Shown one piece after another: positions 45,049-64,000 of a DNA stretch of 64,000 nt. The stretch lies in assembly GCF_009914755.1 (NCBI RefSeq), contig NC_060933.1; one strand, 5' to 3'. The stretch comes from the human T2T-CHM13v2.0 reference genome, Homo sapiens. The translations under genes and the position numbers were made by a program. Within the stretch, counting starts at the first letter, position 1. Each line of letters begins with the position of its first letter. The notes under the pieces were generated by a model. It searched no databases and was not told the DNA's origin. It saw nothing but the letters and a program-made list of their open reading frames with translations.

Positions 45049-45240
45049 ATATACATATCAGTCATATCTATGTGTGTGTATATATTTATATATATGTCAG
45101 TCATATATATGTGTGTGTATATATTTATATATATGTCAGTCATATATATGTGTGTATATATTTATATATATCACATACACACATATATAGATGGAGTTAG
45201 GTCTATGATCTCTGTATATATTTATATACACACATATGTA
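45049..45240. repeat. TA/TG microsatellite with a ~39-bp higher-order unit
   Basis: CAGTCATAT.TATGTGTGT...ATATTTATATATAT repeated about 3 times. A related tract lies at 44058-44110. Confidence 0.9.
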
Positions 45241-45570
45241 TTTTTAAACTATTACATGAAGCAAATAGTACAGTTGATTTCATATAACAAGAGTTATTGG
45301 ATTTATATGGGCAAAAGTTAATGCATAGGGGCAAATAAATTGATGAACTTACAGACTCATTTATTTGACATATATTTATTGTGTGGTCGCTATTGAATGC
45401 TGGGTATCTTCCAGGAGCCTAAAATTCAGCAGTGAATGTAACAGGCTCAAATCCTTGTACTCAAGTAGCTAATATTCTAATCGAGGGAGAAGACAATAAA
45501 CAAAGTTAATAAGCAAAATATTCAACATACTAGTTGATAGGAAGCTCTGTGGTGAAAAATAAAGTAAGAG

Positions 45571-49218
<3,648 letters not shown>

Positions 49219-50555
49219 ACAGTGGTGAGATCAAAACCCCAAGTGAGGCCCCAGAGTGGCGTGAGAACCCCAGTGCTCTTGCTGATCTGAAACAGGCTGC
49301 TCTTCTCCTGCTTGCATGGCTTGTCTCCAATGGAAGGCCTCAGGATCTTGGTGATGACCACAATAGTGATGGTTATGTTCACCACCACAATGATCAGTGC
49401 TGGGATGGCAAAAGCCAGCAGGGCCTTGGTGTCCTCCCAGTTGAGCCAACAGACATTCTTCCTCATATAGACTTCCCAGGGCTGGGTGGCTCCCAGCATG
49501 ATGACCAAGATGGCAGGTAGGGCAGCCGTAGCCAAGACAGAAGGCAATGGCTTTCTGAGTGGACCTGCTTGTTTCGTGCAGAATGAAAACCAGGCGATAG
49601 AACAACATGAGGCCCAGTGTCAGCATCCAGAAGAAGATGCTGAGGTAGAAGAAGTGGATGAAGAAGGTGGCAGCCACACAGGCTGTCTTGCAGAGTATGT
49701 AGTGATTGTCCTGGATGGCAGCGACCACAATGAACCAGGTGTTGGCGACCAGAAGGGAGGCAGCAACATTCACTATGCAGATGTGGCGCATATAGGAAGT
49801 CTGGTTCTTGGTCACTGATTTCCACACCACAGTTTCCACAACTAGACAGGCCGCCAAGCTGAAGATGGAAAAGCCCACCCCAACATAAGAAATAATATCC
49901 AGTAGTATTCCCAGGAGAGAACCAGGATCTGGGGAGTCAGGGGACTTGAGAATGGAGAATGATGTTAGGTAGTCACAGATACAGGTGACATTGTCCCCAT
50001 CACCTTCTTCAACATAGCACCCACTGCTGTCCCACCCCCCGTGTTGTTGGAAAGCCTGAAGTTCCAGAAGACACATGTTGTTTCGCCGCCTGAAGGGCTG
50101 TTGTTCTTAAAAGTCATTGAAATGCTGAATGGCATAGTCACATTATGGCTGACAGTGGTCGTCATCACTAAGCTCTCTGCAAAATTATTTTCCTGGATAC
50201 CCTGGGCAAGGATGGCTTGGAGAGTTGGGAAAGCCATGGTGACAATAGGTGAATCTGATGGCAAGTTTTCTAGATAGCTCTTGTCAATGACCACATTGCC
50301 CCAGAGGTCAAAGTATGGGAAAACAAACCTCTGTTGATAGGTTTTTGGGTGGCTGGACATGATTACCATGCTGCTCATCTGCACATTAGTTTGGGAGAAG
50401 GACAAAGGAGGGCTATCTCCTAATTGTAGTGCTTGGGAAAACCTTCCCACTGAATGTAGTAGCTGTGAACTCTGCTTGGTCCGTTGCTGTTGTAAAACCT
50501 TCCAGGTGTTCAAGACGGGCTTCCCAAGGATGACATTAACCGTAGAGAGCACGTG
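49219..50555 (-). pseudogene. ADGRF5P: Unprocessed ADGRF5 (GPR116) fragment: large GAIN/GPS-7TM exon, frameshifted and cut in TM6
   Basis: HVLSTVNVILGKPVLNTWKVLQQQ; GPS motif CVFWNF..GGWDSSGC..VTCICDYLTSFSIL; TMs to PLWGLTWGFDLTT. Splice acceptor TTTCAG at 50561-50556 with intron-like flank. Confidence 0.93.
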
Positions 50556-50886
50556 CTGAAAGTGAAATGGTATGGGGTCAAACTAACCAAATTCTTTCAA
50601 TCATAAAAAAGAAAAAAACAACATCTTCCTAGAAACTGATTGCATAAAGGTAAGAGGAAACGAGAAAACAAAACTGAGACATCACAGGCAGTGGGGATGT
50701 ATGACCTTCTTATGGCAGAGTTTAGCAGAGGATGGGTCCCCAAGACTGAAAGATGTCAGTAAGCACTTAGCAATGGTGACAGTGAGAGTCACACCCACTA
50801 CACACCCTACTCTCTAAGGTCAATTCAGCAGGCTGGCAGGGATGTTTACTATTTTATTTTATTTATTTTATTTTAAATCTTAAGCC

Positions 50887-51020
50887 TGTATTTTTAGTAG
50901 AGGTGGGGTTTCATCATGTTGGCCAGGCTGGTCTTGAACTCCTGACCTCCTTGAACTCCTGTAATCCCAGCTACTTGGGAGGCTGAAGCAGGAGAATCGC
51001 TTGAACCTGGGAGGCGGAGA
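50887..51020. mobile_element. Chimeric Alu fragments in opposite orientations
   Basis: Antisense left-arm piece 50887-50949 joined to a sense right-arm piece 50958-51019. Confidence 0.88.
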
Positions 51021-51129
51021 TACATTTTTCCTGCTGCCCACTCTTCTCCCTGCTGCAGTCCCCTTTCTCCTGAGCACATGTCTGGTTATAGCTCTGGCCT
51101 TCCAAGACTATAGCTCCTGCTGACTGGTG

Positions 51130-51443
51130 ACTTACAGGTGTGCATATCTCGTGACCTCTGAAATAATGGCTGGCAGTCTTTTATGTCTACACCTTTGCAG
51201 AATTCAGGCTCCTCTCCTCCCAGCCTGGTGGTCTCTCATTAGCTTTATAAAGGTGGTTGGGTTTTGGAGAAGGACCATTATTATTTAAACTGTAAACTAC
51301 ATGTCTCCCAAAGCTAGCCCATCCTAAGCCCAGTAATAATTAAGGCAACATGAAGGTAAAATATAAGAGGGAAGTTGGCTATATTAGATCTTCCCCACTG
51401 CCATAATTTCCTCACTGTTATAATTATTGCAAATGCAGTTTCA
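51130..51443 (-). mobile_element. ERV1 LTR 5' fragment (LTR8/LTR26-like)
   Basis: Minus strand begins TGAAACTGCATTTGCAATAATTATAACAGTGAGGAAATTATGGCAGTGGGGAAGATC. Confidence 0.65.
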
Positions 51444-51711
51444 ATATGAGTTGTTTTTCAATTCAACCTCTGGCTTTCTAATTAAAAATGATTAGTTAAA
51501 CACACGTGCATCTTCTTCCTATTCTACCAACATCCTATTGAAATGACCATGTGATGGACAAAAGAGAAGATATGTGTCCATGCTGAGAACAGGATGCAAA
51601 ACCTTCAGCAGCCTAGAGGGCAGGAGGAGATGGGAACACACTGGGATGTGTAGCCCGAACGATGCAAAGAACAGAGTTGAGGGTGAGATGGAAACCCCTC
51701 ACAAAAGAAAG

Positions 51712-51821
51712 ATTAAAACAAACCTAGAATCCCAGGCACGCGCCTCACAAGCAACTGCAGTGCTATTAAAACAAACCTAGAATCCCAGGCACTCATCACA
51801 AGCAACTGCAGTGCTATTAAA
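51712..51821. repeat. ~53-bp tandem duplication
   Basis: ATTAAAACAAACCTAGAATCCCAGGCAC...TCACAAGCAACTGCAGTGCT x2. Confidence 0.93.
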
Positions 51822-52062
51822 GGGCTGTTTATGGATCAGCTGGGCCAGTCAGCTTCCCTTCCTCCCATCCTGCAACTCCTGGCAGTAGCTGGCAGCAGTT
51901 ATTTAAAGGAGACCAGCCAAGCCGGTTCCTGAGTGAGTCCAACCACAGTCAGCCCAGGGCCAGCCTTGTGGCTCCCAATCTATGGTACTGAGGGTCACGT
52001 TCATTAATTACATTTCCAATGAAACAATAATTGCCTTTAGTAAACTACAGAAGCATAAGTAG

Positions 52063-52522
<460 letters not shown>

Positions 52523-53097
52523 CCAAAAACCTAACTTTAATTATTTCCCTAGCCACTACACGGATTATTTTATTTAGTGCTTTTTTACACCATTACATAT
52601 ACATATAAGGAAAACTGGCATCTTTTACATATTTATTTATTTTTATCCTGTTTTCCTCTAAAAACTATTAAGGCAACTTCCAAAATATATTCTACATAAT
52701 GAGATTAATAAACAAGCAAAATAAATCAGTAAGAAAATCTAGTTTGGATTGTTATGGGTTAAAAAATGAATACACAAAATATAACATGATATTTGGTCTA
52801 ATATAGGCTTCCCGTGCCCTCCCCCAACCCCCCGCCACCTCCCCCAACCCCCCGCCACCACCCCCAACCCCCGCCGGAGAGGACACGGATGCCCGGGTCT
52901 GAAGCCGTGGCTGGGCAGCTGCCCTTGCGCCTGGGACTGCAGGGTCCCCTCCCCACCAGCTCAGAAGCCGGCAGGGCTCTTTCCTTCCTGTTCTCAGCTC
53001 CCGCCGGCTCCACAAGGCGCGCGGCCCTGCGGCGCCTCCCCTGCTGCAGCCGGCATCTTGGCAGCAGCCTCTCCAGATGGGCCGCTGCCATCAACAC

Positions 53098-53418
53098 CAC
53101 CCAAACCGGTAATGTGGCTCAACCAGTTCTGCCATCCCACCCAGGAACAGAAGGCAGCAAGAAAACCTCACTTTGATCCCCCTGTGATTCCATCTCCAAC
53201 CTGACCAATCAGCACTCCCCACTTCCTGAGACCATGCCATATTATCCTTAAAATCTCTGATCCCCAAACGCTCGGGGAGACTGATTTGAGCAATAATAAA
53301 ACTCCAGTCTCCCGCCCAGCTGGCTCTGCAAGAATGACTCTTTCTCTATTGCAATTCCCCTCTCTTGATAAATCAGCTCTGTCTAGGCAGCGGGCAAAGG
53401 GAACTTGTTGGGCGGCTG
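53098..53418 (+). mobile_element. LTR8/LTR8A-like 3' half
   Basis: GACCAATCAGCACTCCCC...GGGGAGACTGATTTGAGCAATAATAAAACTCCAGTCTCCCG. Confidence 0.75.
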
Positions 53419-53426
53419 TGTGTGTG

Positions 53427-53457
<31 letters not shown>

Positions 53458-53545
53458 ATATATATGTATATATCTATATGTATATATACATTATATATGT
53501 GTATATATACGTATATACACGTATATACGTGTATATATATATAAA
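53417..53545. repeat. (TG)n/(TA)n microsatellite
   Basis: Read directly from the sequence. Confidence 0.95.
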
Positions 53546-54530
53546 AGAACTCACATACATAAATATATGTAATATTTGCAACTGGAAGTAGAACAGGACC
53601 TCCTAATACAGAGACGAGCTCCTGTAGCATCAGGATGACTCCCTGCCAGGTGGAGCTTCCGTTGTGGTCATACTATTGAGGGGGCCCCACCTGAACACCA
53701 GTCCTCACCCCTGATTCAGCCATTCCACAGATATTTATTCAGATGTTCCAGGAACTATTCTAAGGGCATCAAGTGCTGTTCTTGTCACAGGCAAAGAAAG
53801 CCCCAAAGGGAAGGTGTCTCTTCCGGCGGTGCCTGCCCCACCTCCAAGCCTGGCACCTTTTGAAATTTATCTTAGGACATTTCCGACAGGTGTTGCTCTT
53901 CTTCAGCTTTGTCCTGGCATAATTTTGTCTCCCAGGAGGCTTCATTTTCTTCCTTCATTGATCCTACATGTGCTGTAGCTAACAGGAATTCCTCAGAGCT
54001 CGTAGCCTTTGGATAGCGTGGTTTCACGGTTGTCAACACTGATATGTTTATCTATACTTTGAGCTTCGTGTAGTTTTCATTAGGATTTTGTGAAATGCAC
54101 AGGATGATGTAGGCTAGAATGATAGGTTCAATTAGCTATGTTCCTTGATGATTTCACAGTAAGTTATATTTAAATAACCAAACTATTCAGATTTATGCTT
54201 CTATGATAAGAGATTTCAGTATTTTTGAATCAAACCATTTTAAGGGTTTTTTTTTTAATGAAACTTATTTACTTAAAATGATTACATAACTCTCCCCTTG
54301 CATGCCACATTTTAGGCAAAATTAAGAGCATATTCCTAAAACCCAGCTTACTAAATTGCTTCTCTTGATAGCTTTTTTTTTTTAAGCCCAGGAAGAATTT
54401 CTAATGGGAAGCTTTAATTGTAGTGAGTTATGTACTAGCCAAGGAAGGCAATAAATTGAATATATGCTGTTTAATTTTGTTGTTGTTTGTTTGGCTGGAG
54501 AACACTACAGTTTTATTTCTATTCATAAAC

Positions 54531-54759
54531 CAGTGCTTCCCAACCAGGGCTGTTTTTGCCTCCAGGGAAGAAAATGTCTGGAGACATCTTGGGTTGTCAA
54601 AACTGGGGGTTGCTACTGGCACTTAATGAGTACAGGCTATGGATGCTGCTAAGCATGCCATCGTGCACAGAACAGCCTGTACCCTCTCTTCTCCTCTGCA
54701 AGAAGAATTAAAAATTATCTGACTCAAAAGGTTAATACTGCTAAGATTAAGAAATCCTG
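54531..54759 (+). mobile_element. MER20 DNA transposon
   Basis: CAGTGCTTCCCAACCAGGG...AATGTCTGGAGACAT...GGATGCTGCTAAGCAT...AGAAATCCTG. Confidence 0.85.
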
Positions 54760-56931
54760 CCATCGACCAGTGGAAGTAAAAATTGTAAGGATTTATTATT
54801 TCAAATCTATACAGCTTTACCTCATGAGTTTTACTTTTTCTAATTCTCTTTAGGGAAGTTTCTCTTCCCTCTCATTTTGCAAACCAAGTTGTGATTTTTG
54901 GCTTGAACTACTCTACCCCACAGCCCAGCTACTGCACTTTAAGATGTTGTGGATATGGGCTCCATGCTTGCAGTGGCGAACTTCGAGGCCTGTCACATGT
55001 CCTGCTACCCCAGACCACTCCATCACATGACCTGTGCATACACCTTACATCATTCCGAAATGCCCTTCACATATGCCCTCTTCCAGAATATAAAACATCT
55101 TCCTTGCATAAATACTTCCAAGGAAAAGCTGGCCACACTCTGACTACTTAAACTCCTTGAAGTTTTGTTCTATGAAAAACATAAATGGTGGTTCAGCTGG
55201 CAGCATCCTCAGTAACAATCTTGATATTTTCTATCCTCTAATTTTCTCCATCTGTTTGAGAGAACACACTTTGGGTTATCTAGGGCCTATGTCAAAGGAG
55301 GCATTGTGGATAAGTGTGGCTCAGCCTTCCTCAACAAAAAATTACCTTTCAATTCAGGGCAGAAGCTTATGATATTAAAACTCATGTGGTTCCTCGAGAA
55401 TCTCCTCCATACACTTTCCTCGTGAGCCAGGGGTGAGGGTAACTGGCAAAGCAATCAGGTCTTGGCGCCAACAAAATCCCATTTCATCCCTGAAATACAA
55501 GGCCCATCAGGACGTGACATCTGTCTGTATTACTTCCTACTATATAATCCCCAGTAACTAGAACAAAGCAGTTAAACAATATTCAACAGTCAGAAATATA
55601 TTTATCATATGCTGCTAAAAATACCCTCCATTTTCTAGTTCTCTAATCAGTTAACATGTGCACATTTAAACTACATCACAGCATTGGATTTGTTCTATCT
55701 GTCTGTATGGATACAATTATGCTGCTGACAATTTAGTCAAGTGTTTCATCTCTATGTAGACAACCGTCATGTAAGAATTAATGAGAATTTCCTAACATCA
55801 TGGTGGCAACTGGCAGCTATTGCTCTGAAAATTTCTAGCTCTGAAAAATTTTAGGCCAACATGCTTACAGTAATGTTTTAGTTTAAAGAGCTTGGAAATG
55901 GGGTTTCCTGGAATGTATTGGAATAAATCATGTATTTTATTCCCAGTTTTGGGAGATATCAGCTTTCCTTACCTTCCCCAGGCTACCACCATCCAAAAGC
56001 AGAAAAGCCATTTAGGGAACCAAGAGTTTTAGTCAAGCTATTTAACTGTCATCAGAAATAAAGAAAACAAATCACCTCTACAGCCTTCTGTAGAGGCTAA
56101 TTTTTATAAGGTAGTTTGTCTTCATTCAGTAGAAAAGAATAATCTTAACTTCAGGTCATTGGCAGGTCAATAAAAGCTCTAAAGCTAAATTTTCACCAAA
56201 ATCTCAGTTGAGATAAGTAATATTTAAGGATTATTTGGAAGAATAGGCTCCATTGATTTCTGTAATAACCAAAGATTTAATACTGGATTAATCCAAACCA
56301 TCGTATAACTCCATACTCAAGCCATACTGTCTTGATTGCCCAAGAAATTGCTTTTAAGAAATTGTCATATATTTATTGTCCAAAACGTGTTTATTATAGG
56401 GTTATTGTTGAGGACAATGTCCCCTTTATCGCTTGGTGACTCCAATTAAAGGCCCCAACAAACATTGCTCTCAGACTTGATTTTGACAAGAAAACCTCTC
56501 ACATAAAATACTGAAAGTATGAATGTTAGAATTCTTTTTTATTTCCGGGAAGCTGAGATACAAAAATGGAACCAAAATTCAGTGATGTAGATCTTTATCA
56601 TATCTTGCGTGGTCCTCTGAAATAGGAAGAAAACATTAAATTTTAACTTTTGACTTTAGGGTAAAAAATCTCTTTTATACAAATCAAAAACAAACAAGAA
56701 AACAACCCCATACAAATTATAAAGATAAAGGCTGACAAAATTGACCATAATAAAATAAAATTTCTGTGCAACAAGACACTAGGAATAAGTTTGTAAGAAA
56801 AGCTAGTGGGAACAAAAAGATATTTATAACATTATTGAAGATATAAAGATTGATATCCAAAATAAAAACCTCTTATTATAGAGGAAAGAAAAAGTAAATG
56901 AAAGTACAAACAGATTAAGAAGAGAAAACAT

Positions 56932-57230
56932 GGCCGGGTGCGGTGGCTCACCCCTGTAATCCCAGCACTCTGGGAGTCTGAGGCAGATGGATCACGAGGT
57001 CAGGAGTTTGAGACCAGCCTGGCCAACATGGTGAAACCCCGTCTCTACTAAAAATACAAAAATTAGCTGGGTGTGGTGGGGGGGCATCTGTAGCCCCAGC
57101 TACTCAGGAGGCTGAGGCAGGAGAATCACTTGAACCCAGGAGGCAGAGGTTGCAGTGAGCTGAGATCATGCCACTGCACTCCAGCGTGGGCAACAGAGCA
57201 AGATTCCATCTCAAAAAACAGAAAAAAGAG
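56932..57230 (+). mobile_element. AluS
   Basis: Full Alu flanked by AGAGAAAACAT on both sides. Confidence 0.95.
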
Positions 57231-59213
57231 AGAGAGAAAACATTAATGACTAACAAATGTATCTGAAGATTCTCAGACTCATTAGTAGTCAAAAAAGTGT
57301 ACATTATAGCAATGATGAGAGTGCAATTCTCTTTATCTGAACTGGTAAACATAAAAAAGTCAGACAAAATCAAGCATTACTGAAGTGATGATAAAGGAGT
57401 TATCTGGTGATGCTGGTGGGAAGATACAGCGGCTGTGCGAGGTGATTCTACAACATGACTTACAGGCGAGTACTCATGCGCACCCTCTGCCCCAACAACC
57501 TGACAGCTCTTCCCCTGCCATCTTCCATGGTCCACACAAACATGCATGAGTGTGTCCTGGGCAGCTGCACCCTCACGTTTGTGCATCACAGCAGGGTCCA
57601 TCTGCTCTGGGTCCTTATCACATGACACTATTCTCAGTGTCCTGGTATGTTCCCGACACTGTACAATGGCTCCAATCAGCCCTACTCCTGCCTGGAACAA
57701 AGAGAAACTTTGGTTATATAGTGTGTATTTGCATAAAGACCGTTTTCAAAGAGCAAGAAGAATATAAAAGAAATAAATCTGTGCCTGTATATAGACTCCC
57801 TAAAGCTGTCTCTGGCCTCCAGTTTAAAAACATCTAGAATCTAGCCAGGCCCTTGCCTTTCCTTGAAGCACACTTATCTGCCTAGAATTAGGTGTAAATA
57901 ATTTTGTTCTATTTCCCACCCCACGATTCTGAAGAACTGGCTCAAATGTACCCAAACTCTAGTACACATTTGTCAATGCTGCCTCTTACAGGACAAAAAA
58001 AACTGAGTATTTTCTTTCAGACCCTCATACACTTTCCACATTGAAAATGTGGGATATTCTGCATTTCCACAAGCAGTTCTTTCTCTCTTCTCTGTCTCTC
58101 TCCTATTGTTCTTGAAACCCCTACTCTCTCACTCTGTGATTTGTCTAAATATAATAAAGATATAGGTACAAAAAATATTTTACTGTCCTCTTAACTCTAC
58201 TATGAGAAGAAAGCATTAAGTTCAACAATAAAGGGCAGCTGGTAATTGACCTTAGGTGTAGGGAGAAAGACACTGGTAGGGATGAGGCAAACAAGAAAGT
58301 CTGTTTTCCATGTAAAGGGTGGAACAGTTTCTCAGCAATTGCTGAGATCAAGGATAAGCCCTACAAGTTTGGGCAGGAAAGAGGACTCCTATTACTCTGA
58401 GAGAATGCAGAAATCCCTCCGTTTTGTTGTTGTTTGTTTTCTCTGAGCCCTTGTGATCTGGCCCCCAAGAATTCCTGTGTTGGCAGCAGTAGGTGGTGCC
58501 TAGGAGAAACAAAACCCTGAGGCCAGGGCATCTTCCTCTCCAGTTGGTGCAGTAGTGATCCCAAGAGGGTGATGCAAACTTTTTAAAGTCTTTTCTCATT
58601 TTGCCACCTGTCACCTAGCTCCAAACATGGGTGCAGCCATGAAACACTGTAGCAGAGTACCGTAATCAAAGACCCAGCATTCTGGCCAGAAAACAGAAAA
58701 GAGGAGCTCCAGGAAACCAGAAAATATTGGAGACATTGTGGAGAGGAAGGAGTATGAGAAAGTGACACCATAAAGTTTTTAATGAACTGAGCGCATCCCC
58801 AAGCTGCATGTGTGTGGATCTGCTCCTAATTAGTTAACCAAAGATTTTGAGAACGAAGCTAGCAGATTATTATCCGAGTTCCACACTGACCACCAGGACA
58901 TATCTGAAGCAAACTGGAAAGGTTTTGAAAACTCGATTATTGGAACCACAGCTCACAAAACAGAGATTGGAACTTGCAGCTTGAATATGACAAGGTCAAT
59001 TGCTTCTAAAACAAAAATAGCATCCATCCGCCTAATATTTTATGAAGACCCAGGCCTCAAAGCTTAATGTCCATGATGCAATCCAAAATTACAAAAAAAA
59101 CAGATAAACTGCACCCCACATGAGAAAAGACAATCAGTACTAAGTAGCTACCAATACTGAGAAGAAACAGAAATTTGAATTACATCACAAGGATTTTAAA
59201 GCAGCTTTTATAA

Positions 59214-59534
<321 letters not shown>

Positions 59535-60003
59535 GCAAACACTTTTATACCAATGGAAAACTAGAAGTATCAGACAATAAATAGAAGATGTAAAAAGGAA
59601 CAAAATGAATATATTAGGACCAAAAAATCCAATAACTGACATACAAAATTCTAAGTAAGCTTTTTATTACAATAAAACTAAAGAGGTAAGAATCTGTTAT
59701 CGTGAATATAAATCAACAGAAATTATCTAATCTGAACAATAGAGAGAAAAAACGATGAAAAAGTCTTGATTAGAGCCTTAGAGACTTGAGGAACAATAAC
59801 TAAAGTTCCAACACACATGTCATCTGAGTCTCAGAGGAGAAAAGGAAAAGGAGCGCAGTGCTGAAAGAATTTTGAAAACCTAACAGGAAAAATTACCCAA
59901 ATTTGGCAAAAGGCAAACACTAATTGAACTAAAAGAAGAAATAACAAATGTACAATTATGTTTAGATAATTCAACACTCCTCTCTCACTAATAATTAGTG
60001 AAC

Positions 60004-60525
60004 ATTTGAAATTAATTGATGGTAAGTTTGATTAATTCTGAGATTTTTAGCAGTATTGTTTATCACATAGAATTAACAGATTATTTCTGTATAGCAGACA
60101 AAAATGCATTCTGAGCCCTATGTAATAGTTCATCACAGAAAATGTTGAGTTAATGCCAGTCAGAATGTCTCTCTTCTTCCAGTACAGGGATTACAAATAA
60201 TGGCAAGACCTAAGGTCATGTATGCAGTGATGCACTAAGTACCTTAAATAATAGGACATGAGATTGCAAGCACAATGCAGTCACTATGAATGAGAAAATT
60301 ACGTAAGAGCTCAAGTTCATGTACTGAGGAGGCTTCTGAGAAGCCTTAAAGGATATCTGGCCAATTCAGCTGTTACTGGGTTAGACTATTAATAGTTTTA
60401 TTGCCTTAACTCTCATCAAAAAAAGGCTGCTTTGCAGGCTTTTTCTTACTGTGGGCAAGTGATTAACAACACCCCAGCTAGAAAATTCTTCCTGATGTCT
60501 GTCCTGAGTCTCTCCTGATCTAACA
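60004..60525. repeat. Direct duplication, copy 1
   Basis: Collinear with 62324-63155 once the Alu in that copy is removed. Confidence 0.93.
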
Positions 60526-62323
60526 AGCAAGGGTATACAAGAACTTATCAACTCCATCATCAATTACAAAAAAGATTAAGTTGTCATAATCATAGTATAT
60601 GATTTAAGGATTTACTAAAATGCAATGGTAGTCAAGCTATCAGAGGATGGAGGAACCTCCGTTTCACCATCTGGTTGTTCCTCTTTGTTCCCTTTAGGTT
60701 AGTCTGAGCCAAAAGACCCAACACTAATCACAATGCTTTGTCCATTGCAGTAGGCATAATTCCTTACAACAACAAATAAAATAATTCCTAAGCATTTATT
60801 TCATAAAACAAATGTATTAGATATTTTGGCCTCACAAAAATAAGAGATAGAGTCTACTCAAAACAGTGTTTTGTGTATGATTTTCATAAATTTCAAATTA
60901 GAATGTAAAGTTTATCATATCTCTTCCATTTGTTAGGATAGTGTTAGTAATATTTATAAAATCATTTTCTTTCTCCTGTACTTATTTGACATAAAATGCA
61001 TCATTCTCTGAGAATATAAGATGAAATCATTCCACAGAAGAATTACTTATATTCAGAGTTATTTATGTGTAATAGTACTCCATAAATTCCCTTTGAGGGC
61101 CTTGTTCCATTCAGCAAGAAGAATGTCTTGATGGTAGGCAAAATTGTACGTAAGTTAAAAGTATGAAATTTGAATCAAGCTCTGCCATTGAATTGTCACG
61201 TGAACCTGGAACAACATAACCTCTCCCTGCCTTAGTTTCTCTATTTATATAATGGTAAGTATAACAAAAGTATACTTCAAGGGCTTTTGCAAGCACTATA
61301 TGAACCAATAGATCTAACACATTTAGAACGGTAACTTGATATTTTAGGCACCTTGTAAGTTATTGTTATTATCTGCAATTGTATCTACCCAAAAGCTAGA
61401 ATCCCTCTTCCTGGCCCCCACATTCCTATCACATGTCTATAAATATCTTGTAAATATATTTGTTCATTTTATGCATGCATTTACTTGTATTCTGAATGCC
61501 TTTACATGTGCCAGGCATTGTCTAGGTGTTGGAGAAACTAAGACTGACTTGAAGGAGATATTTACTTAAAAGAAATAGCTGTAATGGGTATAATTTGCAG
61601 ACGGGGAGAACCCTGTGAAAAAGAGAGTAATTAGAAAACTTCATTTTGAATATAAAGAGAAAAAACTTTTCTGAGTTCATAAAAGAATTATTGATATCAT
61701 CAACAATAAAGAGCATATGCTAATATTTATATTTCCTAACTATTCTACATACCTATATTTATATAGATTTCAGCTAACAACTGGGCCTTGGTTCTACTAT
61801 GACATTTTGCTAAAAGCATTGATTATATAAGTTTGTGTTATATGCAGTGTTTGCATGAGATAAAACTTTAAGACAAAAAAATCTGCTCCGAAAAGTGCCT
61901 TGGTCTTCGTAGCTTATTCAAGACATTTATTTTATATTCTGCAGACTGTGGAACATCTGTTTATTAATGCAGCTTTATGATATGTTGTAAATTGCCTTAA
62001 CAGAAAATATGAAATTGCACATTCGAGCCCAGATTTTCTTTTCATCCCCTTGTGTTCAGCTTGGCAAAAGGCTGATACTGCCAAAAAAAAAGAAAGAAAA
62101 CTTTGTTCAAAATTGAAGTTAATACTTTCTTAGAGAAATAACTACTAACTAAAGGCAAATACTTGATGAGACTATTTTAATGTATCTATTGTCCTTATTA
62201 TGTAGGATATAATTTCTTACTTTAACATATGATGATTTTATTTCAAAGCCATTTTGACTGAATGACTTTCAAGGTTATTTTGCAAATCATAATAATTTAA
62301 ATACTTAAGGAAGCTAGTCAAAA

Positions 62324-63155
<832 letters not shown>

Positions 63156-64000
63156 TGGCGTATTCTGAGTTCAGCTTCCCTCAACGGAAACAAAGAATTG
63201 CTTAAAAGGGAAATTATTCTATGGGTTTTGTTTCCACAACAAAACAGGAGATAATGTGCCCTATTTTGTAAAACAAATCATTTCGTTGAAAACTCTCTTT
63301 GAAACCTCTACTCAGAGCTATGTTAAGTTGTTTAGTGACCTCAAGCACCAACACATGGACATTTCACCCATTCCCTACCACTAATAATAGCATTAAAATG
63401 TCATTTTGTCTTTAAAAGCAAATATATGCTGAAATTAAAGCCACTTCTTTGTAGATCTTCTGACTATAAAATTCTGGCTAAGTTGATTCATTTATTCTCT
63501 GCCTCTTTCTTTCCCTCCCTCCCTTAGTTCAAGCTGTATTGCTGAGCCCTACGAAGGTGCTGTCTTGGGCTGCTGAGTTCTCCTGAGCTGCAGCAAGGAC
63601 GGGCCAGACTCAGGGCATGTACTGCCGAATGACAGTGAGCCCTGCTTTCTGGGGGCTCCCTGTTTAATTAGGTGAGGCTGACTTTAGTCACATTATCACA
63701 CCAGAGAACTGAGGCTCTCAGGTTGATGGAAAATAGCAGGAGTCTACAGGATGGTTATATAAAGCGGCAGGACTGAAGGGTGAGGGAAGGCTGCCCTGAG
63801 ACTTAACTGTTGAGCCTTGCAAGACAGGACAAGGACAGGATCAGCATAAAGAGGTGGGTGGAGGGTGGGTAGAGAATTCTAAACCAAGGTCAACAGAGTA
63901 GTTTTTGTGAAGAGAGGAAGCAGGGAGTGAATGAACAACTGAAAGAGGGCCCACAAGACTGGGATGCCAAGCAAGGGAGAGGAACAATGTCTGGCCCCAC

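Overview
Primate (human or great-ape) pericentromeric segmental-duplication mosaic. The pseudogene set (PTGER4P, CDK2AP2P, MYO5BP, ADGRF5P, 5S pseudogene) matches what I recall for human chromosome 9 pericentromeric duplications. I found no intact protein-coding gene. Left to right: (1) two tandem 5S-rDNA-derived GC-rich units. One is an SST1/NBL2-like 1.37-kb unit with the 5S gene almost entirely deleted and an LTR2 inserted; the other holds a full-length, Alu-less 5S pseudogene with its D box. (2) A stack of L1/Alu elements from 3.2 to 21.7 kb, interrupted by a GC-rich stretch and a CpG-island fragment at 18.7-19.6 kb. (3) Two ACRO1 satellite blocks 4.26 kb apart; the second is broken by TAR1 and a degenerate TTAGGG array (an interstitial fossil chromosome end). 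(4) A PTGER4 intron+exon shard and a processed CDK2AP2 copy. (5) About 31 kb of old AT-rich DNA carrying a processed MYO5B tail copy, an ADGRF5 intron+exon shard, an inverted duplication and a direct duplication. The most notable observation is in this last region: at least 12 minus-strand, splice-site-bounded exon remnants whose translations follow the dynein heavy chain motor domain in order (AAA3/AAA4, stalk end, AAA5, strut, AAA6, lid). This suggests a dead, highly divergent dynein-heavy-chain-like gene. That call rests on by-eye comparison with remembered motifs and needs a profile search. Repeat subfamily names are also from memory.
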